IMG/VR virus record: IMGVR_UViG_3300032282_002415
Coordinates: 625 to 64,624 of that record
Length of the DNA stretch: 64,000 nucleotides
Reading direction: 5' to 3' (one strand)
DNA from: a virus
Taxonomy: Duplodnaviria > Caudoviricetes
Shown: piece by piece, positions 6,793 through 16,335 of the stretch
Layout: every line of letters starts with the position of its first letter
Position numbering within the stretch: position 1 is the stretch's first letter
The notes under the pieces: model-generated
What the model saw: the letters and a program-made list of their open reading frames with translations, nothing else
What the model was told of the DNA's origin: nothing
Database searches by the model: none
Translations under genes and position numbers: made by a program

Positions 6793-8826
6793 TTACTGAT
6801 TATCTTTTATTAGTTTTACTTCACACGCGTCAGTTGTACAGTACGCCTCACCAACAGCGTCAGCAGCCATACCTTCATAGACACCAGCAAAGTCAATAGG
6901 AAAGAGAGTCATCTTGTACTCTTCATATTCTTCTGCGTTAATCTGAGTGTAGGGCATCTGCGGATAAACATGGTTGCCCGAAGGTAAGAACGAAACAGTT
7001 TTTAATTGCCCATCGTACATATGGAGAGATGTACCAACATCTTTGCTCTCGGTCTCAGGGTCAAAAGAGATAGTTACAGAGACAGAGTTATCAGACCAGT
7101 ATCGCTGAGCTGTAGCAGCTAAAGCCATCTTTTCATAGATAGAGACTTCTTTCTCAGAGCGCACAGCGTTAGACTCAACAGGGAAGAACACTACTGAAGT
7201 AGTTTTAGGTGACTCACTCGCAGCTTCGACTCGGTACTGTGCCATCTTAAAGAGAGGAAGCATAGGGTCAGAGTTAGCAAAGCGAATAGCACGAAGGAAG
7301 TGCTTACCACCAACGGGCCAATGAACTCCTGGGCTCTCACCAGCTAAGATACTTACTGTGCCTGATGGTTTAACAGTTGTCATCTTGATTGACTCACGGA
7401 TACCAAGCCACTCTGAGTAAGACTTATCATAAGAGAGAATAGTTGAGTAACCTTCATCCATCCACTTACGGAGAACTGGTAGCCCTTTATTATCTGCGAA
7501 ATTTGCCACGCCCGAAATTGATGTACCAATACGGCGGTTACGCTGCATGATGGCGTTAGTCTCTTCCCAGTGAGTAGGCAAGAGAGTAACAGTTTTAGCG
7601 TAGAGGTAAGCAAACTTGAGAGTGCGCTTGAAGTCATCAAGAGAGTCATGTCTATTAAGATAAGTTTCAACAAGAGTACAACACTCAAAGCTTTCAAGAG
7701 ATTGTTCAGCGCAAGGGTTGTAGCCAGCAATACGCCAGTCCTTGTTGTTCTCAGGGTCAGCAAGTCGCCCGTACTTACGAGACACATCCATCCAGATAAC
7801 TCCTGGCTCACCGTTGCGAGCAATTCCATCTACAATTGCGGAGAGGTCATCTCCTACATTTACAGATACAGAGTTGTTAGACATCCAAGCCCAACCTGGA
7901 CTTGCTGGGTCATAAGAGTTGCGCTCTGGGAACTTCTCAGCGTTTTTTAGGTTGAGAAAGTTCTCATCATCTAAGCGACCCATCAACAACTCAGCTGAGC
8001 GGCGAACATTACCGCTTACTACACAGACTCCAATTAGGTTGCCGATGTCAGCAATATCTACACGACTTAGCTTCTCTCCAGCACGACCACCAAAGATAGA
8101 GTGGATGTAGTTATGAAGCTTTAGAAGCGGTTCATGTCCCGCTGCTGTTCCTCCAAATGTCTTGATTGGTTCACCCGCTGGGCGGATTTCTTTGTAATCA
8201 AATACTGGAGCCTTTGTATCTGGCTTGAGGTAGGAATTGATGAGGGAGGCTGTTGACTCAACCCAGCCTTCTCTGGTGTCGGGGATGACATATGTTTCTC
8301 CTTGCTGTGGTTCATAGATAGTGAATTCTTTATCGGCGCCTTTATCATCAAAGCCCACACCCACGCCAAGCATGGAGGCTTCCATAAGGAAGGCAAAGGG
8401 TTTTGCTGGGTCGGTCTTTGTCATAGACCCAGTTGATACAAACGCGCAATTTTGTAGGGCAGCTGAGTTCTTTTGCTCATTAACTAAGGGCGTTCCCATT
8501 ACCCACAGACCTCTACCTGGCGGTGTCCACTTTAACTGGAACAAACGGTCAAATGCTTCCTTAGCTGAGGCTTGAGCTTTGGCATCGTTCCAAGGTAGTC
8601 GGTTGGATTTGGCGTGGTCTTTTTGAAGGGAGTACATGCCGTTGATAACACGCTCACATACATCTACCCAAGTTTCTTTAGTTCCATCAGCTTTTAAACG
8701 TGAGTAGGTTCTAAGAAAGGTAATCTCTCCAACTGAATTGCCTGCCGCATCTTGATATCCCCACGGAACTTTCTTATCTCTATAAGCGGTAAGAAATTCT
8801 TCTGCCAAACGAAACGACAAAGCCAT
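6793..8826 (-). CDS. nrdJ: class II (adenosylcobalamin-dependent) ribonucleotide reductase, monomeric RTPR type
   Basis: PPGRGLW, LQNC, NPCAEQ, TTVKPSGTVS and C-terminal CTTDAC; start moved to MALSF (AGGA SD). Confidence 0.92.
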   Translation of the reverse strand: MALSFRLAEEFLTAYRDKKVPWGYQDAAGNSVGEITFLRTYSRLKADGTKETWVDVCERVINGMYSLQKDHAKSNRLPWNDAKAQASAKEAFDRLFQLKWTPPGRGLWVMGTPLVNEQKNSAALQNCAFVSTGSMTKTDPAKPFAFLMEASMLGVGVGFDDKGADKEFTIYEPQQGETYVIPDTREGWVESTASLINSYLKPDTKAPVFDYKEIRPAGEPIKTFGGTAAGHEPLLKLHNYIHSIFGGRAGEKLSRVDIADIGNLIGVCVVSGNVRRSAELLMGRLDDENFLNLKNAEKFPERNSYDPASPGWAWMSNNSVSVNVGDDLSAIVDGIARNGEPGVIWMDVSRKYGRLADPENNKDWRIAGYNPCAEQSLESFECCTLVETYLNRHDSLDDFKRTLKFAYLYAKTVTLLPTHWEETNAIMQRNRRIGTSISGVANFADNKGLPVLRKWMDEGYSTILSYDKSYSEWLGIRESIKMTTVKPSGTVSILAGESPGVHWPVGGKHFLRAIRFANSDPMLPLFKMAQYRVEAASESPKTTSVVFFPVESNAVRSEKEVSIYEKMALAATAQRYWSDNSVSVTISFDPETESKDVGTSLHMYDGQLKTVSFLPSGNHVYPQMPYTQINAEEYEEYKMTLFPIDFAGVYEGMAADAVGEAYCTTDACEVKLIKDNQ

Positions 8827-8973
8827 GTAAATCCTGCTTTCTTTATTGCTCCTGATGGGGAGAGGTTGATAGTGTAGCAAACCTGACCCTAACCTACAGG
8901 GGCTGCGATGTCTAACTCTAGGAGACACACCGTTTCATACAATAAGACTGACTCTTATCGCATAAGAAAAAAA

Positions 8974-10455
8974 CTATTTATCTTCCAATGACTCACTAAT
9001 AATTCGTGTTGTCTGTACTTCATTTAGACCATTATCAGGGAGTTCTTTTAACGCTTGAGCCCTATCTCCGAAGATAGAACTCAACACTCCAGAAGCTCCT
9101 TGGCGTTCAACTGTCATACGAATAAACTCTCTTGAGTCATCCAATTCTTTAGTTGTTTTAATCAATTTAAATAGTCGGTCAATCTCTTGCGAAACATTTG
9201 GGTCTGCGTATCCACCGTTCATTTCTTCCGCAAAACGCATGAAAGCAACGCGTTGTCCCTGCATTTCAATGATGGAGTTAATCAAACTCTTTAGTTGGTC
9301 TTTAGTCTTTACCTCTATTGGCAATTTAAATGCGCACATGCTTTGAGGCTTGAAAGCTGGGCAATTAGTGGCAACAAAACATGTATCGCATTGACGTAAA
9401 CTTGTATCTTGGGACTGAACAACAGGCACATCTTTAATGACATCGTGACCCTCTTCATCCTGCTCAACTATGCTTTTATAGGCATATCCAAAGACGGGTA
9501 AATTGCCCATTTCCTGTGGATTTCGCGGCTCAACTTTCCGCATGTAACCCCCCTTGTTATCGCTTACGACAGGGGTACTTTCCGCTTCTTCTTCACCATA
9601 CATATCATCACTGTTATCGTATAACAAGTTATCGTCTGACTTACCGTTCATTGTATTGAGCCTCACTTCTAGTTGTTCAAACGACCATACTGCTAGACGA
9701 CATACCTCTTGTGGGTCATCTTCCATAATTAAATCAAAACTTAAACCAGCTTTATCATAGACCGCTTTATGTCTAGGGCGAGCCTGCTCTTTCATCTTCT
9801 TTGGGTATCTAACTAATCTAGTTCCATCCCAAATTATTGTCTCACCGTGGAGCATTGGAGCTATCCACGATAAAGTGCTGGCTGACTCTACCTTCACCTG
9901 TCTTAAGTTGTCTGGCTTTGCCGTGTTGATGGCATGGAATCTAGTGCCATTACGGTTGGAGTAGGTCTTGGTTAAGGTGGCTAATTGGGTCTCATGTTCT
10001 ATGTCCTCGCCCAAAATTCCAATATCAAGGTAGGAATCAACCATGCTTCTCAAGCCTTCAGCGCCTGTCTGAGCCTGCCAGATAGGTTGAAACTTGCCTG
10101 GAGGTACCTCTGACCAACAAGTACGTCTCTGGTTGGCTATAAATTCTGGACTTAGTAATGGGTGTGTTACTTCGTTAAAAGTGGTCAACCTGTCGATGTT
10201 ATTAGCTACAAATTCCTCATACCCAACCGCAAAATCTTCCAATTCATTTGCGGTTAATTTCTCAACTTTGGGGACACCAGCATGTACATAGACATGGGTG
10301 TCTGAACTAAAGTAGTTATCAATTAAATACGCCTTGGTCTTTGGCAGCCCGCGCTTTACTAGACGCCAATAGCTCACACCAACGTGGTTGGCTGTAGTGG
10401 TCTCTAAAAGGGTACGGTTGCTAGGGACTTCAGCACCTAAGTAGATGATTTTCAA
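8974..10455 (-). CDS. degenerate TGT/DpdA-like TIM-barrel protein with a Cys cluster and helical C-terminus
   Basis: Motif order VSY..VHAG..QPIW..IGILG..RFHAIN..SASTLSW..G recalls tRNA-guanine transglycosylase-like proteins; CDTC-x5-C-x8-C; TTGA-overlap start at 10455. Confidence 0.5.
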   Translation of the reverse strand: MKIIYLGAEVPSNRTLLETTTANHVGVSYWRLVKRGLPKTKAYLIDNYFSSDTHVYVHAGVPKVEKLTANELEDFAVGYEEFVANNIDRLTTFNEVTHPLLSPEFIANQRRTCWSEVPPGKFQPIWQAQTGAEGLRSMVDSYLDIGILGEDIEHETQLATLTKTYSNRNGTRFHAINTAKPDNLRQVKVESASTLSWIAPMLHGETIIWDGTRLVRYPKKMKEQARPRHKAVYDKAGLSFDLIMEDDPQEVCRLAVWSFEQLEVRLNTMNGKSDDNLLYDNSDDMYGEEEAESTPVVSDNKGGYMRKVEPRNPQEMGNLPVFGYAYKSIVEQDEEGHDVIKDVPVVQSQDTSLRQCDTCFVATNCPAFKPQSMCAFKLPIEVKTKDQLKSLINSIIEMQGQRVAFMRFAEEMNGGYADPNVSQEIDRLFKLIKTTKELDDSREFIRMTVERQGASGVLSSIFGDRAQALKELPDNGLNEVQTTRIISESLEDK

Positions 10456-10907
10456 ACGCGAGGGTCTTCCCGCAGCATCTCCATCTGCTTGTCCATCTCT
10501 TCTTCCACGGCTTTCCAACTACGAATACCTTGGCGTCCATCTGGGCGGAATTCTGGGCGCAAATAATTTGGGTGCAGGAACAGCAGAGTATCTATGCCTT
10601 CTTCAAGTAATTTCTTAGCTAAATCAACATTGGCGGTTACTACTACTTCAATCTTTCCTTGAGAACGGCAGTATTTAACCTGCTCAAACTCTAAATCATC
10701 TACAACTCCTGGAACGGAGTTATCTACAAGGTCATCAAAGTTATTTATCTTATGTTCTAGTAACCAGCGGTGTGACTTCTCTTTATTCTCTGACAATAGA
10801 ACTACACGCATATCTTCACTAAACATGCGGTATAGCGCCATACCAGAATAGATAGGCGCGTTAGTGGTGTGACGCAGTACGCCATCTACAAACATTACAA
10901 TTGCCAC
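10452..10907 (-). CDS. HAD-like phosphatase-fold protein
   Basis: N-terminal VMFVDGVL resembles HAD motif I, with the first Asp absent. Confidence 0.55.
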   Translation of the reverse strand: MAIVMFVDGVLRHTTNAPIYSGMALYRMFSEDMRVVLLSENKEKSHRWLLEHKINNFDDLVDNSVPGVVDDLEFEQVKYCRSQGKIEVVVTANVDLAKKLLEEGIDTLLFLHPNYLRPEFRPDGRQGIRSWKAVEEEMDKQMEMLREDPRV

Positions 10908-10930
10908 GATTTATTTCTCCGATTAAATTG

Positions 10931-11860
10931 TTATTTAGGTGTTATTGCTCTGCGAATCAGAACCCTAGCATCTGGGAGTTCCATACCATAGGTTTGGGAC
11001 TCAAATTCTTGACGTGTCTTTTTAGAAATATCTTTTAACTTTTTTAATGCTTGTACAACGCCAGTTTCTTTTCCAGATTGCCAACGGAAGTTAGCGTAGT
11101 CTAAATAACCCTGTCCACTCTGGCTAAACGCAGCGCTTCTTCCGTGGTGTAAATCTTCAAATAAAGCTGCACCTTGTTCAACCGCCAATTTTAACGCGGT
11201 CTCTGCGTTGATACGAGCAGCTGAGGATGTGGCAGTGCCAATACTTCCTAGCGCATCTGCGTAACGAGCTAAGATTTCAACTGCCATATTCTTATCTCTA
11301 GTTACTCGGCGTTCCCAGTCTCTACCTACAGTTAAGGATAGTTGCTGTGGGGCAACTGTCCAGTCATCATCTGTTAGTGAATATGCGGCGTAAGGTTTGA
11401 TGTTACGAATATCTGTTTGAACATTTACATAAAAGGTAAGCTCAAATGAATCTAAGTAATTCTCGGTAAGGGGTTGTAATTCCGCCCTAAAATTTTCGTT
11501 AAACATATCTGAAACTTCTTTATCGCTAAATCCTGAATATTTAGGGTTAGATTGCTTAAACTTTATATAGTCCACACCTATTAAACAATCTAAATCTGCT
11601 GGGCTTCTATTGGCTGCCCATTGGTAGGACACGCCTGAGCCTGCCAACCACGCATGAATATAAGCTTGAGGGTTATAATATTTGGCTTCTAAGTGTTCAA
11701 ATAAAACTCTTAAAATCCCATTTCTAACAGCGCCAATTAACTGGTTATCACGAAATAAGCGAGGGTCTAATCCAGCTTGCGGATTACTAAAATATGATGT
11801 CTCTGATGGTTCTGGTGAGACGGGCACTGCGTTGGCAGATAACGCCTCATTTAAATTCAT
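10931..11860 (-). CDS. Pol-beta superfamily nucleotidyltransferase
   Basis: LAGS...ADLDCLIGVD and a downstream ELTFYV. Confidence 0.75.
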   Translation of the reverse strand: MNLNEALSANAVPVSPEPSETSYFSNPQAGLDPRLFRDNQLIGAVRNGILRVLFEHLEAKYYNPQAYIHAWLAGSGVSYQWAANRSPADLDCLIGVDYIKFKQSNPKYSGFSDKEVSDMFNENFRAELQPLTENYLDSFELTFYVNVQTDIRNIKPYAAYSLTDDDWTVAPQQLSLTVGRDWERRVTRDKNMAVEILARYADALGSIGTATSSAARINAETALKLAVEQGAALFEDLHHGRSAAFSQSGQGYLDYANFRWQSGKETGVVQALKKLKDISKKTRQEFESQTYGMELPDARVLIRRAITPK

Positions 11861-11867
11861 TTAAGTA

Positions 11868-12074
11868 TTATAGTTCTTTTTCTTTCGGTTCTTTGTATGT
11901 AACATCATAACGCTGCAATTTTTCTTGCTCGTTGTTTGTATAAGATGTTCCCATATAGTTACACTCACGGTGCGCTGCACGAAATGCTTCACTTAAAACG
12001 TCCAAGCGCAACTCATTCGTTGTTTCATATTGAAATGAAGCTGTACAGTTACAAGTCATTTCTATAAACGCCAT
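11868..12074 (-). CDS. hypothetical protein (CxC...HxxC)
   Basis: AAGGGG SD. Confidence 0.6.
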   Translation of the reverse strand: MAFIEMTCNCTASFQYETTNELRLDVLSEAFRAAHRECNYMGTSYTNNEQEKLQRYDVTYKEPKEKEL

Positions 12075-12095
12075 TGTGCGCCCCTTACTGTGTAG

Positions 12096-12359
12096 TTACA
12101 GTATACCCTTATCTGATAGGGCTTGGCGGATTGAACTCGCAGTTCTTTCTGACTCTGGGGCTGGCGCCTGGGGGAACTTACTAATGACCAAATTGGCTAG
12201 GTCATCACTGTCAATTAACTCAAATATCTCTCTACAGCCCGCTTTTATATCATTACGGCTGGCAATACGGTTAATATCCAACTCTAAACCAAAATCAGTA
12301 TAGGCAAAAAACGACCCATCATCGCGTTTTACTACAATAAATGCGGTTTCCCCCTGCAT
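12096..12359 (-). CDS. hypothetical protein
   Basis: TAATG-coupled start MQGETAF. Confidence 0.6.
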   Translation of the reverse strand: MQGETAFIVVKRDDGSFFAYTDFGLELDINRIASRNDIKAGCREIFELIDSDDLANLVISKFPQAPAPESERTASSIRQALSDKGIL

Positions 12360-12934
12360 TAGTTGTACAGACCCTTTTTCTTGTACGCCTTTTCCTGAAT
12401 TACGGACTTTACTGGGCAGTAATCGCATAGGTAAACCTTTGGGCCATTACCAGCTTTATCCAAGCCAGCCTCTTTACGTTCTTTGGCGGTGTCTGGAGTA
12501 AGCAATTTCTTTTCGCTCTTGTAATCGCCACAATCTTTAGTCTGTTTATGGGCAATCCAACAGGTCATAGCATCGCTTGTAAAGTTCTCTTTAGTTGCGT
12601 AGAACTGAGTGCCAAACACATCAAGTCCTTGTGAACCTGTCTGTAGCTGTTGAATAATGCTTTCTTTTACCTTTGGAATAACCCAATATTTTGTAGGTAA
12701 ATGCCCTACACGGCGGTCATCAGCATTTGTACATTTGCGTTCAATATGTTGGTCAATAAAAAAGCGCAAGGAATGGTCATATTGAACAGTGTTCTCGCCA
12801 CCTTCTGGCCCCTCATAAGCAGGGACTTCTTCAATGGTTTTACACTTAGCGCAGATGAGCAACCGCATCATAGGCTCATTTGGATTTACCTTGTTATCTT
12901 TTAACGTAGATAAATCAAAGGCATTAGAATTCAT
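12359..12934 (-). CDS. Cys/His-rich hypothetical protein
   Basis: AAGGAG SD; CAKC, CWIAH and CDYC motifs. Confidence 0.7.
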   Translation of the reverse strand: MNSNAFDLSTLKDNKVNPNEPMMRLLICAKCKTIEEVPAYEGPEGGENTVQYDHSLRFFIDQHIERKCTNADDRRVGHLPTKYWVIPKVKESIIQQLQTGSQGLDVFGTQFYATKENFTSDAMTCWIAHKQTKDCGDYKSEKKLLTPDTAKERKEAGLDKAGNGPKVYLCDYCPVKSVIQEKAYKKKGLYN

Positions 12935-12976
12935 TAGTGCTCCTTATTTTAGACCAAGTGAATGATACCAGTTTTA

Positions 12977-13363
12977 CTACAAATTGCCTTTAAGCCGCGC
13001 TTCTTTCTCAGCTAAACGTGCTCTTTCTAAGTTACTCATACGCTTTGGAGCAGGAGCAGGTGCCACAGCTTTTTTGCGTGGTGCTGCCTCTTCAACTTTA
13101 GGTGCTTCTTTTTTAGGCTCTACTGGTTTGTACTTTGGCTTTGTTTTCTTAGCTACTACTGGTTTTGGTTCAGATGATGGATAACGAGTAGATGGCTTTG
13201 GCTCTTCTTCATTGCCTTCTTTAACTGGCATCCACATACGGTTATACATAACTTTAATCTTTGGGTTATTTTCACGATTCGCCAAAATTCCAGCATGAAT
13301 AGGGTTACCTTTATCTATATTGATACGTCTAACGCTATCGGGCCCACGGTCTTCAGGAAGCAT
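12977..13363 (-). CDS. small basic protein with a DRxxD..RR-type N-terminus
   Basis: MLPEDRGPDSVRR, Pro/Lys-rich. Confidence 0.65.
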   Translation of the reverse strand: MLPEDRGPDSVRRINIDKGNPIHAGILANRENNPKIKVMYNRMWMPVKEGNEEEPKPSTRYPSSEPKPVVAKKTKPKYKPVEPKKEAPKVEEAAPRKKAVAPAPAPKRMSNLERARLAEKEARLKGNL

Positions 13364-13575
13364 TACTTTTCCTTGCTGTAGTGCTGAGCCATTTCGTCTT
13401 GCGTCTCAGGAGTGTTGTACCAATGCTCTGGATAATCGCCTTGAGCTTTTTCTTCAGCAGCTTTATCGTTCATATCTGCTAGCTCAGCACCAAACTTCTT
13501 ATGCAACCATTCAGTTGGGTCTTCGTGCTCAATGTTAGCCACGCGATTTGAATCGTTTGCTCTATCCTTTGTCAT
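13363..13575 (-). CDS. small protein with DRAND N-terminus
   Basis: MTKDRANDSNRV, AAGGA SD. Confidence 0.65.
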   Translation of the reverse strand: MTKDRANDSNRVANIEHEDPTEWLHKKFGAELADMNDKAAEEKAQGDYPEHWYNTPETQDEMAQHYSKEK

Positions 13576-13780
13576 TGATTTCCTTATCGTACATATGTTC
13601 TAAATGTAGTTCTTCTATATGCTTATCAAATGCTTTTCCTGGGTCTTTAGGAAGTCTATCTTGTTCTTCCTGTGGAAGATGCCTTAGCCAATCAAATTGA
13701 ACATTAGTATCCCATTCGTGTTTTACTGGCTCATCACCAGGAAGGGCGTACTCGTCAAATTGACCCGCTGTGGGCTTCAT
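13562..13780 (-). CDS. small hypothetical protein
   Basis: TAATG-coupled ORF. Confidence 0.6.
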   Translation of the reverse strand: MKPTAGQFDEYALPGDEPVKHEWDTNVQFDWLRHLPQEEQDRLPKDPGKAFDKHIEELHLEHMYDKEINDKG

Positions 13781-14175
13781 TACTTACTGCTATCAATCTT
13801 TATAGTGCGCTTACGCCCTGTTGAGTTGCTTCTAGTAATTTCGGCTCGTTTTTTGGAGTCATAAAACTTTCTATCTTCATCTCTGTCCCCAAACGCATCT
13901 TTCTTTTCATAATAAGAAGAAGAATAGGCAGCAACTCCGCGTTCATTAGGAGTTTTTCTAGAAGGCCCAGGAATAACTTTTACGTGAGGTTTTCCTGCCT
14001 CTACAGATAAAGGTTGTTTAACATAAGGTTTATAGGTTAAATTCCCATTAGAATCTACAGGAACACTCTCGTCTCGTATAAACCCTTGTCCTTTATAACC
14101 CATATTAATTCCAGATAAAGCTTTCCCCATATCAGGTAACCTGCGGGTTTCATCATTTGCGCGGTCTCTAGGCAT
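13780..14175 (-). CDS. small basic protein with DRAND N-terminus
   Basis: MPRDRANDETRR, AGGAG SD. Confidence 0.65.
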   Translation of the reverse strand: MPRDRANDETRRLPDMGKALSGINMGYKGQGFIRDESVPVDSNGNLTYKPYVKQPLSVEAGKPHVKVIPGPSRKTPNERGVAAYSSSYYEKKDAFGDRDEDRKFYDSKKRAEITRSNSTGRKRTIKIDSSK

Positions 14176-14177
14176 GA

Positions 14178-14384
14178 TTATGCTCCTGGGTTTACCTTTG
14201 AAGGCTCTTCAGAATTAATAAAACCATAGTTCATATAAGGATGTAGTCCAGCGCGATTTTTAACAACTTCTTGGTCACCCATACCTGGGATAACAGTTGT
14301 ATTTGGACGGCGCTTACGATACTTACCGTCTGTTGCACCTTCTGCAAGGGAAGCGTTCTGTGAACGTGAATTATTTACTGTCAT
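14178..14384 (-). CDS. small hypothetical protein
   Basis: ORF track. Confidence 0.6.
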   Translation of the reverse strand: MTVNNSRSQNASLAEGATDGKYRKRRPNTTVIPGMGDQEVVKNRAGLHPYMNYGFINSEEPSKVNPGA

Positions 14385-14388
14385 TTTT

Positions 14389-14586
14389 TTACCAATCGCC
14401 TAGTCTGGTCACTGCGTCTTGTTCTGCTGTTTTTTGACCAGAGCTAGTGCTCCAATCAGAATTCTGTCCAGTCTTCCAAGCTTTTGCATCGTGTCCAGCT
14501 TGAATTTGAGACCCTTTATTATTTTCAGTAGCTTTTGCAGCACCTCTAGCAACGCGTCGGTCATTAAAAGATTTTAGTAGGTACAT
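14389..14586 (-). CDS. small hypothetical protein
   Basis: TAATG-coupled ORF. Confidence 0.55.
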   Translation of the reverse strand: MYLLKSFNDRRVARGAAKATENNKGSQIQAGHDAKAWKTGQNSDWSTSSGQKTAEQDAVTRLGDW

Positions 14587-14816
14587 TATGCCATCCGTCC
14601 TTTAAGTAATTTAGCTTGCTTACGGCGTGTGCAGTGAGCGCAGGTATCTGTGTGTAATGATTGTACTGGGTTTAATAGTAATCCGCATTCAATACAAGGC
14701 TTAGAACCGTTGTAATAAGTCTTACTTAAGTCTTTTTGGGTCTCAAGCTTAACGTCTGTAGCCCCAGACATACCCTCGCCTGTTGAGTCAGTTAGCAACC
14801 CTGGGTCTTTGTTCAT
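14586..14816 (-). CDS. small zinc-finger protein
   Basis: CIECG...CAHC. Confidence 0.6.
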   Translation of the reverse strand: MNKDPGLLTDSTGEGMSGATDVKLETQKDLSKTYYNGSKPCIECGLLLNPVQSLHTDTCAHCTRRKQAKLLKGRMA

Positions 14817-15073
14817 TCTTTATTAAACTCTACTTTTGCTGGTTTAGGTAAGCCAGATTGTATAGCGCCAGCAATTTTTTTGCCAACATCTTTTTTATCT
14901 TCTCCTGGTTTAACTCGAACAGTGTACGCCTCAACACCATGTTTTTCTTGGTCTTCAGCTGAAGGAGTAGCTTTAGCTAGTTCGTCAGGCCCTTGAATTT
15001 TGGGGCGAATACTTGGAAAATCAGGTAATCCACCAAAGATACCGCCATTAAAATCTGCGTTATTACGTCCCAT
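14813..15073 (-). CDS. small protein with MGRNN N-terminus
   Basis: MGRNNADFN. Confidence 0.65.
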   Translation of the reverse strand: MGRNNADFNGGIFGGLPDFPSIRPKIQGPDELAKATPSAEDQEKHGVEAYTVRVKPGEDKKDVGKKIAGAIQSGLPKPAKVEFNKE

Positions 15074-15279
15074 TATTTATCGTCCTTTGAATCTAGGTAT
15101 TGAGTTGTAATTGTTAACCCGCCGTTTTTACGTGCTTCGTCAAGCTTATCTGCGTGTGGGCCTTTTGGACGCGGGTTAAATTTATCATGGACTGCCTCAA
15201 CTTGATAAGAGTCAGTGGCGAGTTCAAGAGCCTCGCTTAAAGTTTTAGCTTCGTGAAAATCATAATTATTACGCCCCAT
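15073..15279 (-). CDS. small protein with MGRNN N-terminus
   Basis: MGRNNYDFH, AAGGAG SD. Confidence 0.65.
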   Translation of the reverse strand: MGRNNYDFHEAKTLSEALELATDSYQVEAVHDKFNPRPKGPHADKLDEARKNGGLTITTQYLDSKDDK

Positions 15280-15295
15280 TATTTATCTCCTTAGC

Positions 15296-15481
15296 TTAAA
15301 CTGGATGGTCTGCATCGCCCATACCATTTTTCCATGAAAACTTTGTTGCTGGGCCGCCACAAGTTTCACACTTATCGTCTTCCCCTATTCGTGAATCCCA
15401 ACCGTCTTTAAGAGTCTCAGCATAACGAGGTCCTCGACTAGCAATATAAGCATCATTTAATTCTTTATTACTACGTCCCAT
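15296..15481 (-). CDS. small protein with MGRSN N-terminus
   Basis: MGRSNKELN, CETC. Confidence 0.6.
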   Translation of the reverse strand: MGRSNKELNDAYIASRGPRYAETLKDGWDSRIGEDDKCETCGGPATKFSWKNGMGDADHPV

Positions 15482-15483
15482 TA

Positions 15484-15720
15484 TTAACCTTCTTTTGGAT
15501 AGCGGATAGAGTGCTCTGAATAACTTGAATCTGGGCGGTCCCCCCGTGGAAATACAATGTCTTTAGGAGTGTCCCCTAATCTTGACATGTGAAATTCTAT
15601 GGCACGACCAACTTGGCGACTATTGGAACCTTTTTTAACAGGAATTGAAACGTTATCCCCAGCTTGAGTAGTAACAGAAACTGTTTGAGCAGGAATTGGT
15701 GGTTTTTGTTTTTTGCTCAT
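15484..15720 (-). CDS. small basic hypothetical protein
   Basis: AGGAGG SD. Confidence 0.6.
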   Translation of the reverse strand: MSKKQKPPIPAQTVSVTTQAGDNVSIPVKKGSNSRQVGRAIEFHMSRLGDTPKDIVFPRGDRPDSSYSEHSIRYPKEG

Positions 15721-16073
15721 ACAGAACCTCCTAAAGTATTACGGCTAGTGCTTTGTGGCGTATTTGGACTCTGGCTAAAGTCAGACTCTACACGCTGTTG
15801 TGCTCGTCCTGGTAGTTCAATTATGTCCTCAATACTTATTTCAGTATCGGTGTAACCAAATCTTTCAGGAAATAGATTAATTTGAGGCATTGGTGGGCGT
15901 ACATGCTCTCGTAACTCGTCGCCTGACATCATATTAACAGCCAATGATTGGCTTAGTAAACGCTCTTGGTTAGAGGCAAAGGGGCCAATGTATGCCTGTG
16001 GAGGGTAGGCAGCTTCTGGTGGTGCTTGCCACGGTTTACGGGAGTAAACACCGTCTGCCATTCTTCCTGCCAT
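15717..16073 (-). CDS. Pro-rich hypothetical protein
   Basis: ORF track. Confidence 0.65.
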   Translation of the reverse strand: MAGRMADGVYSRKPWQAPPEAAYPPQAYIGPFASNQERLLSQSLAVNMMSGDELREHVRPPMPQINLFPERFGYTDTEISIEDIIELPGRAQQRVESDFSQSPNTPQSTSRNTLGGSV

Positions 16074-16334
16074 TTATTTGCTTTCAATTCCTTTTGTAGC
16101 CTCAACTTTTCCAAATGTTTCTAAAGGAGACGCTAATTTATCGCGGTCATAATAATCAACACGACCAGTATTTACATGACCATGACCAGGTTTAAATATG
16201 TTATTTGCTGTGTCTTTATCTGAAATGGCAAACCCTTGAGAGCTTTTCCAACCAGCCGCTCTACCCAAAGAACCCAACATGCTTTGGTGTTTTGCTACAG
16301 AACGACGGGTATCTCTTGCTCTATCTTTTGGCAT
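16074..16334 (-). CDS. small basic protein with DRARD N-terminus
   Basis: MPKDRARDTRR. Confidence 0.65.
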   Translation of the reverse strand: MPKDRARDTRRSVAKHQSMLGSLGRAAGWKSSQGFAISDKDTANNIFKPGHGHVNTGRVDYYDRDKLASPLETFGKVEATKGIESK

Positions 16335-16335
16335 A

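Noticed and set aside
7380-8575. Alternative-frame and antisense ORFs inside nrdJ, and similar shadow ORFs inside other long genes
   Set aside because: They overlap well-supported genes entirely and have no SD or recognisable motifs.
8827-8970. N-terminal extension of NrdJ, or a cobalamin riboswitch / NrdR box
   Set aside because: The extension is not RNR-like and an SD precedes MALSF; no convincing B12 box or NrdR palindrome is visible.
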